Assembly: GCA_029862065.1 (NCBI GenBank)
Contig: JAOTYB010000002.1
Coordinates: 1 to 42,024 of the forward strand
DNA from: Acidimicrobiia bacterium
GTDB taxonomy: Bacteria > Actinomycetota > Acidimicrobiia > Spongiisociales > SHLN01
Reading direction: 5' to 3'
DNA length: 42,024 bases
Positions 25,901 to 34,871 of this stretch are shown one piece after another. The notes beneath the pieces were generated by a model. The model saw nothing but the letters and a program-made list of their open reading frames with translations, ran no database searches and was not told the DNA's origin. The translations under genes and the position numbers were made by a program. The stretch's first letter is position 1. Each line of letters opens with the position of its first letter.

Positions 25901-27372
25901 CACACCACGCGCGGCCGCAACTCGGCGAACTCGTCCGACGGATAGCGGCCGGCCAGCATGTCGAGCACGGCTTCGAAGGAGGCCCGCCCCAGGGTGGCGT
26001 ATGGGGAGGCCCGGCGCACGAGATCGAAGAGCTCATCGACCGACCACTGGTCCATGGCCACTGTGGCGACGATCTGTTGGGACAGTACATCGAGAGGATT
26101 CTGGGGAACCGAGGTCGATTCGATATCGCCGGCATACATGCGATCCACCACCACTGCGGCTTCGAGCAGGTCGGCGCGGTGTTTGGGAAAGACGCGGGCC
26201 CGGCTGGGGGCTCCCACCTGGTGGCCGGCTCGGCCGACCCGCTGCAGGCCGCTGGCGACGGTGGTGGGTGACTCCACCAGCATGACCAGGTCGACGGCCT
26301 CCATGTCGATCCCCAGCTCCAGCGAGCTGGTGGCGACCACGGCCGGCAGCTCTCCCCGCTTGAGCCGGTCTTCGATGGCCAGTCGCTGTTCTCGCGACAG
26401 CGATCCGTGGTGGGCCTGGGCAACTTCGCGCCCGGCCAGATCATTGAGTTGCTGGGCCAGCCGCTCGACCAGGCCGCGACTATTGCTGAAGATGATGGTC
26501 GACCGATGCTTCTCGATCAGTTCGAGCAACTTGGGGTACATGAGGGGCCAGATGGAACGGGTAGGTGGTTCATCGGGATCGTCGGACGGGGCGGCCAGGT
26601 CGGGGCGAGTCATGTCCTGGAGCGGGACCACCACCTGGATGTCCAGCTCCTTCTCCCAGGGGGCATCCACCACCGTGACCGGGCGCTTCGTCCAGGAATC
26701 GCCTTGCAACGTTCCCCCGCCCAGGAAGCGGGCGATGTCGGCCAACGGACGCTGGGTGGCCGACAACCCAATGCGCTGCGGGGCCTCGGCGATCTCCTCG
26801 AGTCGCTCGAGGGTGAGGGCCAGGTGGGAACCTCGCTTGGTGCCGGCAACCGCATGGACCTCGTCGACAATCACCCATCGCACAGAGGCCAGGATCTCCC
26901 GCACCTGGGAGGTGAGCATGAGATACAGCGACTCGGGCGTCGTGATGAGCACATCGGGCGGGGTGCGCATCATGCGCCGTCGCTCGACAGAGGGCGTGTC
27001 GCCGGTTCGCATGCCGGTGGTGACCTCGGGCAGCTCGATCCCCAGACGCCCGGCCGCGTTGCGAATTCCCGCCAACGGGGCTCGGAGGTTGCGATCGATG
27101 TCGTAGGCCAGGGCCTTCATCGGTGAGACGTACAGCACCCGGCAGCGCTGCTGGTCGGGAGGAGTTGGTTCGGCTTGCAGCCGATCGAGGGCGTACAGGA
27201 ACGCCGCCAGCGTCTTGCCCGACCCGGTCGGGGCGTGGATCAGGGTGTGGGCGCCACCGGCAATGGCCGTCCAGCCGTCGAGCTGGGCGCGGGTTGGTTC
27301 CGGGAACGACGTCTCGAACCATTCCCGGGTCGGCTGGGAGAACAACTCCATCGGGTTGCCAGCGTTAGCCAC
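22990..27372 (-). CDS. lhr: ATP-dependent helicase Lhr (large helicase-related, DEAH superfamily 2)
   Basis: 1460 aa. Motif I HAPTGSGKT, motif II VIVDEVH, SAT, and RVGRAGH. The long Lhr-type C-terminal extension is present. GTG start at 27370-27372. Confidence 0.93.
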   Translation of the reverse strand: MANAGNPMELFSQPTREWFETSFPEPTRAQLDGWTAIAGGAHTLIHAPTGSGKTLAAFLYALDRLQAEPTPPDQQRCRVLYVSPMKALAYDIDRNLRAPLAGIRNAAGRLGIELPEVTTGMRTGDTPSVERRRMMRTPPDVLITTPESLYLMLTSQVREILASVRWVIVDEVHAVAGTKRGSHLALTLERLEEIAEAPQRIGLSATQRPLADIARFLGGGTLQGDSWTKRPVTVVDAPWEKELDIQVVVPLQDMTRPDLAAPSDDPDEPPTRSIWPLMYPKLLELIEKHRSTIIFSNSRGLVERLAQQLNDLAGREVAQAHHGSLSREQRLAIEDRLKRGELPAVVATSSLELGIDMEAVDLVMLVESPTTVASGLQRVGRAGHQVGAPSRARVFPKHRADLLEAAVVVDRMYAGDIESTSVPQNPLDVLSQQIVATVAMDQWSVDELFDLVRRASPYATLGRASFEAVLDMLAGRYPSDEFAELRPRVVWDRVDGSLSARPGAQMLAVTNPGTIPDRGMYRVSLPEGGHVGELDEEMVYESRPGDVITLGSTAWRINEIDHDRVRVTPAPPGTPSKLPFWHGDMVGRPLELGRAIGRFIREMGAKSKDEAEQSLVERYRFDPWAAANLAAFIAEEKEATGTLPTDRTIVIERYRDEIGDWRMVLLSPFGARVHAPWSLAASAKLRSTYDYEVDAMWTDDGMVFRFPDADEPPPVDALLVEPEELEELVVEEVANSALFASRFREAAGRALLLPRRRPGDRTPLWLQRRRSADLLKIARNYPSFPIVLETYREVLKEHFDLPALTELLGDVRARKVRITDVSLDAPSPFASSLTFDFIAAYMYEYDAPPAERRAAALTLDRSLLAELMGEPELRSLLDGDVVAEVEMELQRLPPERHARTPTNVHDLLRHLGPLSRLDLEARVDGDLDRFLTQLEESRQVLHLSMSDGERWSAVEDAARLRDALGVALPQGVPAAFLEPVDDPLGDVVGRFARTHGPFTSRQAATALGLAPAVVDEVLNRLEADGRTARGAFLPAGNGQEWVDTDVLRRLRRRSLAKLRSEVEPVEPAALGEFLARWHHLGNHQSSLDRLFEIIRQLQGASIPASILEIDVLPSRMTYGPELLDQLMASGDVVWVGREPLAANDGRLSLYLREQIPLLHLSSKADRPADPIHDRLRTQLTEHGASFFRDLYEAAGGRDPQDTLAALWDLVWAGEVTNDTIGPLRAFLWGKVKRTTRSKRPRLPSASPPAGSGRWYLVESLLQPAPELTVRTKALADQVLERTGILTRDVAGAEGIPGGFSGIYPVLRVLEDAGQVRRGYFIEGLGGAQFASPGAVDRLRQPSDGEARILAAADPANPYGAAVGWPATEVGRPSRSAGAFVITVGGALTVFVERGGRKLLTFTEDEGALNQTVDVLRKLAARRRRFEIETVDGERAATTPLGGLLLAAGFVDSYKGLAFRN

Positions 27373-27617
27373 TAGATGCGAGGTTACCGGCTGGCTCCGA
27401 CAAGAAATGGGGTGGCGATACGGGACGCGCTGTCACTTCCCGCTCTACAACCTTCCGTATCGAGCAAGACTCACCACCCGCCCGGTATGAGCGGATCCTT
27501 GGGGGCGGCAGCGGGTCTGGTGCTGACAGCCGAAGGGTGAACCGAGAGCGGGCCGCGCTCAGTGAAAAAGGGGAAATAGCCGAAGACCTCGTAGAGGACC
27601 ACGGAGGAGAGACAGCA

Positions 27618-27941
27618 ATGCGGCAGATAGTGAGCCAGCACCATGCGTTCAGTCGAATAGACCTGTTTGACAGGCCAACGGAGCATGGGGATGAAGTCGA
27701 AGCTTCACTCGACCGGTTGCGCGAACAGTCGTTTTTCGCTGAAGAATGCCTCGACATGCTTGTCGCCGTGCGGGAACACCCAGAAACCCGGGAGATCTTC
27801 AAGAGCTCGGGCCACCAGCATCGCTGGCTCCAGGAAATCATCCACCAGCGGGAGATTCTTGAGCAAATCAGCGATGTCCTCCTTGGGTGGGGAACGGTGA
27901 GAGAAGGTACAACCGACACCGTCCAATGTGCATGCGTGTAA
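27618..27941 (+). CDS. Hypothetical protein (His/Glu-rich helical; weak resemblance to the hemerythrin HHE cation-binding pattern)
   Basis: ATG 27618 is preceded by GGAGGAG with an 8-nt spacer. The pattern QHHAF...LDRLREQSFFAEECLDML...GHQHRWL loosely follows eH..l / H...EE..lf / eH, with the middle His replaced by Ser. The opposite strand is also open, so the strand call is not secure. Confidence 0.35.
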   Translation: MRQIVSQHHAFSRIDLFDRPTEHGDEVEASLDRLREQSFFAEECLDMLVAVREHPETREIFKSSGHQHRWLQEIIHQREILEQISDVLLGWGTVREGTTDTVQCACV

Positions 27942-28025
27942 GGCACAACAAGTCTTGATCGAGTCGTCGCTGGGCTCGCTGGTCGTCTTCGGTTGACCCT
28001 CCGCAGCTGACGAAGCGCTCCATCT

Positions 28026-28223
28026 GTGCCGTTCTCGGACACCACGCAGTTGTGCGTCGCGAAAGAGACTCTGGAGCTCTGGCCCACGGATCAGGAATAT
28101 GCGGCTTTCGAGAGCGATCGTCAGATCAAGGAGCGACTCCTCGCGAGAGCACGGGAAGGCGCTCTCACCCCACCTCCCCTCACTTTCGCGGGAGAGGTGC
28201 AGAACGCGGACTTTGTGCTCTAG
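28026..28223 (+). CDS. Small hypothetical protein or gene remnant upstream of the ABC exporter
   Basis: GTG start, 65 aa. About 72% G/C at third positions by hand count. It ends 17 nt before the ABC ATPase ATG. It is in the same frame as 27618..27941, but two stops (TAA 27939, TGA 28008) lie between them. Confidence 0.3.
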   Translation: MPFSDTTQLCVAKETLELWPTDQEYAAFESDRQIKERLLARAREGALTPPPLTFAGEVQNADFVL

Positions 28224-28240
28224 CGAATCGCCAGGACCCG

Positions 28241-28984
28241 ATGTACCACCTCCGTATGGAGAGAGTCCGCGACGCTCCCGTCGAGGAGACGGTCCCGTTG
28301 GGTCCGGTCATCCAGCTGCGGGGGGTCGAGAAGGTCTACAGAACGGGGCGGGTGGAGTACCCGGCGCTGCGCGGCGTCGATCTCCTTGTTGAACCCGGGG
28401 AGCTTGTGGCTCTGGTGGGGCCGAGCGGAAGCGGGAAGTCGACCATCCTCAACGTCATCACCGGCATCGACCGACCAACCTCGGGCGAGGTCGTGGTGAC
28501 CGGTCGGGACCTCGTAGACCTCTCCGAGGAGGAACTGGCCATCTGGCGGGGGGAGCAGGTTGGGGTCGTGTTCCAGTTCTTCCAGCTGTTGCCCACCCTC
28601 ACCGCGCTCGAGAACGCAATGCTGCCGCTCGACTTCGCCCGCACGGGCACCGTAGCCGAGCGATCTGTCCGGGCGCAGCGACGACTCGAGCAGGTGGGGC
28701 TGGGCACCAAGCTCGGCAACTTCCCGGCCGAGCTTTCCGGCGGCGAACAGCAACGAGTCGCCATCGCCCGGGCACTTGCCTGCGATCCGGAGGTCGTGGT
28801 GGCCGACGAGCCGACCGGCAACCTCGACTCCGACACAGCCGCCGAGATGTTCGATGTGTTCGGGAAGGTGAACAGCGACGGGACGACCATCGTCTATGTG
28901 ACCCACGACCGCGGGCTGGCGGCGGCGGCCCATCGGGTCGTCGAGATCCGAGACGGACGGGTGAGTGACGGCGGGCTGACATGA
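28241..28984 (+). CDS. ABC transporter ATP-binding protein (MacB/LolD-type)
   Basis: Start at ATG 28241 (alternative 28256). Walker [11 protein letters not shown]-loop, signature [15 protein letters not shown], Walker [13 protein letters not shown], and H-loop VTHD. Confidence 0.9.
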   Translation: MYHLRMERVRDAPVEETVPLGPVIQLRGVEKVYRTGRVEYPALRGVDLLVEPGELVALVGPSGSGKSTILNVITGIDRPTSGEVVVTGRDLVDLSEEELAIWRGEQVGVVFQFFQLLPTLTALENAMLPLDFARTGTVAERSVRAQRRLEQVGLGTKLGNFPAELSGGEQQRVAIARALACDPEVVVADEPTGNLDSDTAAEMFDVFGKVNSDGTTIVYVTHDRGLAAAAHRVVEIRDGRVSDGGLT

Positions 28985-31350
28985 TCTCAGCCCACACCCG
29001 TCGCTCGATCCGTGAGCTGACCAGACGCAAAGCCCGCTCATTTCTCACCGTCCTCACCATCGCCGTGGCGGTCGCCGGCATCTGGCTGTTTGCCATCCCC
29101 GGCAACATCGACGCCTCCCTTACCGAGCGAACATTGGTCGACGGGATGCACACCATCCGGCTGGCTCCGGCCGTTGCCGACCTCCCCGAACAGGTGGTCG
29201 GCGAGTTGCGGACCACCGCCAACGTGGCGGCCCTCGACGTGCGTACCCTCGGCCGAACCCAGATGCGAATCGGCGACCGGCCCCAAGGCGTCGTCCTGGT
29301 CGGGGTCAGCGACTTCGAAAACCAGGCCGTCAACATCGTCTCGGTCGTGGACGGCGCTCTTCCCACCGCGGCGGGTCAATTGGTCACCGACTTCGAGAAC
29401 GCCCGCACCGGTCGGTACAACGGTCTGGTCGGCGACACCGTCGCCCTCCAGACCAACTTCGGCAACTGGGTGACCTTCGACGTGACGGGACAGGGCGGGA
29501 CGGTCCGATACAGCAGCGAAGTGGCCGAGGACGCACCGTTCCTGTATCTGCGCGATGCCGATGTGCAACGGGTGATGGGGTATTCGGCGCCCAACTCCAT
29601 CGACGTCATCGCCACCGACCAATCACCGGCGGCGGTGGGGGCCATGGTCGCGCAACTCCGGACCACCCTGGCCACCGAAGTATCTGACCTCGCCTACTGG
29701 GACGTGCTCGAGGTGTGGGAAGAGGGGACCTGGCCCGGCTCCGAGGACTTCGAGAATTTCGTCGTCCTCTTTTACGTCATCGCCGCAATCGCCCTGCTGG
29801 CCGCGCTGATCCTCATCTACACGACCATGAACACGGTCGTCCGCGAACAGACTCGCGAGATCGGAATGATGAAGGCTGTGGGTGGGACTCGCCGTCGCAT
29901 CGGGCTCGGATACCTCAGGACCGCCCTCATGCTGGGAGGGATCGGCACCCTGGTCGGCATCGCCATCGGCATTCCCCTCAGCAACGGACTCATGTCGTTC
30001 ATGAGTGAGGAGTTCGGTGGTACCAGCATCGGGTGGCGCCTGAGCGGTATCGCCATGGTTCTCAGCCTCCTCGTCGGACTGGGAGGCACGGCGCTGGCCG
30101 CCGGACCGGCCCTGCGACGGGCGTCGAGGATCACCGTGCGGGAGGCAATCGAGGACCACGGCCTGGTGGCCGGCTACGGGTTGAGCCGGCTCGATCGCGC
30201 CGTCACCCGGGCCTCCTTTCTATCCCGCACCCACCAGATGGGACTCCGCAACCTGACCCGCCGGGCCGGTCGCAGCCTGGCGACAGCCCTGCCCATCGCC
30301 CTGGCGGTGGGAACCATGCTGGCGTTCGCCGCCGTGTCGATCACCGCGCTCGATGAGACCGAGAAATCACAGAACCTCGAAGGTGGCGACATCATCGTGT
30401 GGAACAACGGCGCGCGGGGCCTCGACGACAGAGCCGTGGCCCTTATCGAGTCCGTTCCCGGAGTCGAGATGGCCCACCACATGATCTACAGCACTGTCGA
30501 GTTCGACGGTGAGCGCAACGTGTGGGGGCTGCCGGCGGTCAGCACCTACGAACACGACGTGATCGACGGGCGCTGGTTCACCGAGGCCGAGGCCGAGGCC
30601 GGCGCCCGGGTCGTAGTACTCGGCGAGGCCACCGCCACGTTGACCGACACACCGGTTGGGGCCGTCATCACGGTCGAAACCCGCCGGGGCCCGGTGGAGA
30701 TGGAAGTCATCGGTGTTGACGGCCAACTGGTCAACGACGCCCAGGGAATGTTCACCCCGTACCGCACGGTGCTCGACTACGAGGGATGGACGTCGGGCAA
30801 CACCTGGGTGCGGACAACTGAACCGGATGAGGCCGCGGTCGACGCGGCGGCCTCCAGCATTCATCGCACTCTGGAGGCGAACGGATACACCATCGGATCC
30901 AGCCTGCGCTACATCGGCCGCAATGAGAACGCCGCCGAGAATCGCCTGGTCGTGACCGTGATCATGGGGATGGGACTCCCCATCGTGGCCATCGGGATGA
31001 TCGGCCTGGTTAACTCAATGACCAGCAACATCCTCGACCGGACACGGGAGATCGGCATTCTGCGCAGTATCGGTGCCCGCCGCCGCGATCTCCGGTCCAT
31101 GTTCCGAGCTGAGGGGCTGGTGGTGGCCGCTGCCGGGTGGCTGCTCGGCATCCCGATCGGATATCTGCTGGGCCGCCTCATCATGTGGGTGCTCGAGCAC
31201 GAGTTCCACGCCGCCTTCACCTACCTGTTCCCGGTGTGGCCGATCCTGGTAGCGCTGATTGTCACGATGCTGATGACGCTGCTCGTGCTGCGACTTCCGC
31301 TCCGCAAGGTGATTCGCATGCGGCCGGGTGACGCCCTGCGATACGAGTAA
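28981..31350 (+). CDS. ABC transporter permease, FtsX/MacB-type with duplicated 4-TM modules
   Basis: 789 aa. Its ATG overlaps the ATPase stop (ATGA). There are two FtsX-like C-terminal modules (REIGMMKAVGGTRRRI... and REIGILRSIGARRRDL...), each preceded by a large extracytoplasmic domain. Confidence 0.9.
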   Translation: MISAHTRRSIRELTRRKARSFLTVLTIAVAVAGIWLFAIPGNIDASLTERTLVDGMHTIRLAPAVADLPEQVVGELRTTANVAALDVRTLGRTQMRIGDRPQGVVLVGVSDFENQAVNIVSVVDGALPTAAGQLVTDFENARTGRYNGLVGDTVALQTNFGNWVTFDVTGQGGTVRYSSEVAEDAPFLYLRDADVQRVMGYSAPNSIDVIATDQSPAAVGAMVAQLRTTLATEVSDLAYWDVLEVWEEGTWPGSEDFENFVVLFYVIAAIALLAALILIYTTMNTVVREQTREIGMMKAVGGTRRRIGLGYLRTALMLGGIGTLVGIAIGIPLSNGLMSFMSEEFGGTSIGWRLSGIAMVLSLLVGLGGTALAAGPALRRASRITVREAIEDHGLVAGYGLSRLDRAVTRASFLSRTHQMGLRNLTRRAGRSLATALPIALAVGTMLAFAAVSITALDETEKSQNLEGGDIIVWNNGARGLDDRAVALIESVPGVEMAHHMIYSTVEFDGERNVWGLPAVSTYEHDVIDGRWFTEAEAEAGARVVVLGEATATLTDTPVGAVITVETRRGPVEMEVIGVDGQLVNDAQGMFTPYRTVLDYEGWTSGNTWVRTTEPDEAAVDAAASSIHRTLEANGYTIGSSLRYIGRNENAAENRLVVTVIMGMGLPIVAIGMIGLVNSMTSNILDRTREIGILRSIGARRRDLRSMFRAEGLVVAAAGWLLGIPIGYLLGRLIMWVLEHEFHAAFTYLFPVWPILVALIVTMLMTLLVLRLPLRKVIRMRPGDALRYE

Positions 31351-31368
31351 ACCGCACACCCAGGCCTT

Positions 31369-31953
31369 CTACTCGCTCCCGAGTCTCAGCTGCCCGGGCG
31401 CCACCTCATACCCATAGCTATCCACCGTTTCGCCGCGCTTTTCGTGTTGCTCCGGGAGCGTCCCGACATTGCGGAATCCGAGGCTCTCTAACAGCCGCTG
31501 GCTCGCCTCATTCCCGGTGAACACCTCGGCTCTCACCGAAGACGAGCCCCACTCGTCAAAGGCGTACGAGACAACCGTCCGAATGGCCTCCGACATGAGG
31601 CCGCGGCGCTGGTAGGGCGGAGCAAGGTAATACCCGATCTCGGCTGCTCCGGGCGGTATAGAAAGCCGCGCTCCGATTGAACCAAGCGGACGTCCGGGCG
31701 TGCCTGTGATGGCTCCGGCCCGATCCCTGATGGCCCAGCCGAACTCAACCGAATCGGGCTCCTCTTTGAGCACATACTTCTCGTAGTAGTCGCGGAGCTC
31801 CTCGATACTCGCGGGGCCGTCCCACAGCAGCATGTCGGTCACAACCCGGCCGGGCTCGCCGTGCACGAATGGGAAGATGACATCGGCATCATTCGCGCGC
31901 GGAGCCGAGAGTGTGAGTCGTTTTGTGGTTAGCACCGGGGTGGCCCGTCCCAC
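31369..31953 (-). CDS. GNAT family N-acetyltransferase (RimJ/RimL-like)
   Basis: TKRLTLSAP...D; acetyl-CoA motif QRRGLMSEAIRTVVSYAF; NEASQRLLESLGF. GTG start. Confidence 0.85.
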   Translation of the reverse strand: MGRATPVLTTKRLTLSAPRANDADVIFPFVHGEPGRVVTDMLLWDGPASIEELRDYYEKYVLKEEPDSVEFGWAIRDRAGAITGTPGRPLGSIGARLSIPPGAAEIGYYLAPPYQRRGLMSEAIRTVVSYAFDEWGSSSVRAEVFTGNEASQRLLESLGFRNVGTLPEQHEKRGETVDSYGYEVAPGQLRLGSE

Positions 31954-31962
31954 GATGGCTCC

Positions 31963-32226
31963 CTAGATATCCCGCTTCTTGCTCTCGAGGAACTCGTTGG
32001 GTTCGAATTTGCTCGCACCCCAGGTGCCACCCACCACCGCCAGCACCACCGAGACCGCCGCCACCACCAACAACCCGGCAGTCAGTGTGAATCCGGCGAT
32101 GGCCAGCCAGTGGCTGAGGGAGAGGGACTCGCCCTTCGGGTCGCCCGGCCACACCAGCACCGATCCGATACCGATGAGAACTGCTGTCCCGGCGACCAGG
32201 AACGAGCGACGAAAGAACCAGCTCAC
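31963..32226 (-). CDS. Small membrane protein (2 TM)
   Basis: GTG 32224-32226 overlaps the pepP TGA (GTGA junction). Two hydrophobic helices (FLVAGTAVLIGIGSVLVW and IAGFTLTAGLLVVAAVSVVLAVV). Confidence 0.55.
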   Translation of the reverse strand: MSWFFRRSFLVAGTAVLIGIGSVLVWPGDPKGESLSLSHWLAIAGFTLTAGLLVVAAVSVVLAVVGGTWGASKFEPNEFLESKKRDI

Positions 32227-33680
32227 AGCCGCGGGAGGGCTGAGGCCTCGGCGCACAAGGCCTCGACTTCGTCGGGAAGCACCGGGACCGCTTCGGTCAT
32301 GTTTCGATGGCCGTCCTCGGTGATCAGCACGTCGTCCTCGATGCGGACGCCAATGCCCAGGAACTCGGACGGAATGTCGTGGTCGATCGAATCTGACTTC
32401 TCCCGGGCAGCAGCCAGCTCGGCCCGCGCCGCGGCCGGCCCGATCTCATAGGCCCGTATCCGGTCACCTTCTTCGTCGAATCGATGGAGACGAAACGTCA
32501 CCTGCGGATGGCGATGATCGATGTAGACGCCCGGCTCGACGGTAAAGGCCATGCCGGGCTCGAACTCCCGCGGCTTGCGATCCACCCGGTAGCGGCCGGC
32601 GTCGTGCACGTCCATCCCCAGCCAGTGGCCGGTGCCGTGCATAAAGAACTCACGGTCCATCCCCATCTCGTAGGCCCGTTCGGCGTCGCCGGGGATGAGG
32701 CCTAGCTCGACGAGACCTTCGGCCACCACCCGCCGGGCGGTTGCGTGTTGAGCGGCCAGGCTGCCGCCGGGATGACTGCCGGCCAGGGCCGCTTGATGGG
32801 CGGCCAGCACCACCTCGTAGATCGCCCGCTGAGGAGCCGTGAACGTGCCCGACACCGGGAAGGTGCGAGTGATGTCGGCTGAGAAATAGTCGAACTCGGC
32901 GCCGGCGTCGATCAAGACCAGGTCACCGTCCTCCATGCGCCGCTGGTTCTCCCGATAGTGGAGAATGCAGGCGTTTGGCCCGGACCCGACGATGGAGGGG
33001 TAGCCGTCGCGCTCGGAACCGTGCTGACGAAAGATGAACTCCAGCGCCCCCTGCAACTGATACTCAAACATGCCCGGCTGGGCGAACCGCATCGCCTCGC
33101 GGTGAGCGTGGGCCGAGATCTCGCAGGCCGTGACCAGGCGTTCGGCCTCGGGGGCCGACTTGACCAGCCGCAGCTCGTGCAGGATGTGGCCGGGGTTCTC
33201 CAGCCGGGACGGCACGGTCCAGCCGCTGCGTACCCGCTGATCCCCTGAGGTCTGAAACAAGGAAGTGATGATGTCGTCGAAGCGGGCGTTGCCCAGCTGA
33301 TAGAAGATCGAGGTGCGATCAACCGCGTACTCGCGCAGCTTTTTGGCCAGATCCGACATAGGGAAAGCTGCGTCGGCCCCATAGGTGTTGACCGCTCCCT
33401 CCACCCCGGCCCGGTAGCCGTCCCAGGTCTCCCGCATCCGATCCTTGGGCCGAACGAACAGCACGTACTTGTCGGTGGGATGAGTGGGGTTGATGACCGC
33501 CACCGCCTCTGGCTCGGGGAAGCCGGTCAGAAAGAAGAAATCGGAGTCCTGCCGGAACGGGTAGGTGTTGTCGTGGTTGCGGACCTTTTCCTGGCCGCCG
33601 GGGACCACCGCGAAGCCATCACCGATAGCCTCAGAGAATTGGGTGCGTCGAAGTGCGAATGATGCCGTGTCGAAATCCAT
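32223..33680 (-). CDS. pepP: Xaa-Pro aminopeptidase (M24B)
   Basis: Start at ATG 33678-33680 (MDFDTASFALRR...). N-terminal motif YPFRQDSDFFFLTGF. Metal ligands appear in LIDAGAEFDYFSADITRT, HGTGHWLGMDVHD, VEPG and IEDD. Confidence 0.9.
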   Translation of the reverse strand: MDFDTASFALRRTQFSEAIGDGFAVVPGGQEKVRNHDNTYPFRQDSDFFFLTGFPEPEAVAVINPTHPTDKYVLFVRPKDRMRETWDGYRAGVEGAVNTYGADAAFPMSDLAKKLREYAVDRTSIFYQLGNARFDDIITSLFQTSGDQRVRSGWTVPSRLENPGHILHELRLVKSAPEAERLVTACEISAHAHREAMRFAQPGMFEYQLQGALEFIFRQHGSERDGYPSIVGSGPNACILHYRENQRRMEDGDLVLIDAGAEFDYFSADITRTFPVSGTFTAPQRAIYEVVLAAHQAALAGSHPGGSLAAQHATARRVVAEGLVELGLIPGDAERAYEMGMDREFFMHGTGHWLGMDVHDAGRYRVDRKPREFEPGMAFTVEPGVYIDHRHPQVTFRLHRFDEEGDRIRAYEIGPAAARAELAAAREKSDSIDHDIPSEFLGIGVRIEDDVLITEDGHRNMTEAVPVLPDEVEALCAEASALPRL

Positions 33681-33705
33681 GCGGCCAGAGTACCCGAGCC
33701 AGCCC

Positions 33706-34143
33706 TCACTCCTCTTGAAGTTCGGCCAGACGGTTCCTGAGCCGGCGCAGCTTCTCCTTCTTCTCCTCCAGGCCAAACGACTCGCCCATCTGGGCATGCA
33801 ATCGGTGGAGTAGGTAGGGATCAATCCCGCCGCCTCCCTGACCTCCTCCCCCGGCGCCTGAGCTGGCGCTCAACCGGGTATCGAGATGGCGAAGGATTTC
33901 CGCCTCCAGGAGCTCTATCTGCTCGACGAGCTCGTCCACAGACACGTCGCTGGGGATTTCTGACCGGGCCTCAGCCGCCTCCGAGCGGAGGGCGTCTTGC
34001 CGATTCGACATAGCCGCCTTGGCCGCGAAGTCATCATCGGCAACGGCAAGTAGCTCATCCTGCACGGACGCCAGATCGGCCAGCACTTCATCAAGAGACC
34101 GTGGAGCTGTCACCACCCAAGTATCACAGATAGACAGGCCCAC
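33706..34143 (-). CDS. Hypothetical acidic coiled-coil protein with an internal Gly-rich loop
   Basis: GTG at 34143; GTGs at 34116 and 34113 are alternatives. Sequence LDEVLADLASVQDELL...ELVEQIELLEAEILRHL...GAGGGGQGGGG...EEKKEKLRRLRNRLAELQEE. No family was recognised. Confidence 0.55.
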   Translation of the reverse strand: MGLSICDTWVVTAPRSLDEVLADLASVQDELLAVADDDFAAKAAMSNRQDALRSEAAEARSEIPSDVSVDELVEQIELLEAEILRHLDTRLSASSGAGGGGQGGGGIDPYLLHRLHAQMGESFGLEEKKEKLRRLRNRLAELQEE

Positions 34144-34167
34144 GACTCGGCGGCTAGCGTCTTGCCC

Positions 34168-34482
34168 ATGACCGACATCCCCGACATTCCGATCCCCGAC
34201 AGCACCGAAGGCGTGGGCATTCCCACCGGGAGACCGGCTCCCAAACCGGGAGGCGCATTCGCCTTTCCGTGGCGATTGGTCACCGCCCTTGCCGTGTTCG
34301 GCATCATCGTGGTGTTTGCATTGCAGAACACCGACTCGGTCGACGTCAACTTTCTGTTCTGGGACTTCCGGGCACCCCTGATCGTCCTGATCACCGCCAC
34401 CATGGTTCTCTCGGTGGTGTTTGGCGACATGATCGACTGGTGGTGGCGACGCCGGAAGAAGCTGCGCAAGGGCAACGACTGA
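34168..34482 (+). CDS. LapA/DUF1049-family small inner-membrane protein
   Basis: ATG 34168. VFGIIVVFALQNTDSVDVNFLFWDFRAPLIVLITATMVLSVVFG followed by WWWRRRKKLRK, as in LapA-domain proteins. Confidence 0.7.
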   Translation: MTDIPDIPIPDSTEGVGIPTGRPAPKPGGAFAFPWRLVTALAVFGIIVVFALQNTDSVDVNFLFWDFRAPLIVLITATMVLSVVFGDMIDWWWRRRKKLRKGND

Positions 34483-34871
34483 CCGACCTCTTCGGGCTGC
34501 TCCGATCCCTCGACCTCCCCCTGGGCGACTACGCCGTTTTCGGCAGTGGGCCGCTGATCATCCGGGGAATCGTCGAAGGCACAAACGACCTCGACATCAT
34601 CACGCGTGGCCCGACCTGGGACCATCTCCAGCGCATCGGCCACGTCGCCGAGTTCGAAGGAGGGAACCTGCGGGTCGACTTTTTCGAGAAACGCCTTACC
34701 TTCGGCTGCAGCTGGAAGTACGGGACGTTTGATCTCGACGAGCTGATCGACACGGCAGAAGTCATTGACGGCCTCCCTTTCGTTCGGCTCGAGCACGTCA
34801 TCGCTTACAAGACGGCGGCCGGTCGGCCCAAAGATCTGGAACACCTGCGATTGCTGGAAGCCGCCGGCTAG
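34443..34871 (+). CDS. Minimal nucleotidyltransferase-fold protein
   Basis: FGSGPLIIRGIVEGTNDLDII fits G[SG]-x(n)-DxD. The C-terminus HVIAYKTAAGRPKDLEHLRLLE is typical of small NTase/antitoxin-like families. The start is uncertain: I chose in-frame GTG 34443, and there is no ATG after the lapA-like stop. Confidence 0.5.
   Translation: MATPEEAAQGQRLTDLFGLLRSLDLPLGDYAVFGSGPLIIRGIVEGTNDLDIITRGPTWDHLQRIGHVAEFEGGNLRVDFFEKRLTFGCSWKYGTFDLDELIDTAEVIDGLPFVRLEHVIAYKTAAGRPKDLEHLRLLEAAG

Noticed and set aside
34868-34871. Convergent genes that share stop codons or overlap their 3' ends: CTAG at 34868-34871, 22 nt at 1573-1594, and 14 nt at 11043-11056.
   Set aside because: Real but unremarkable in compact high-GC genomes. 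There is no evidence of a regulatory role beyond possible transcriptional interference.
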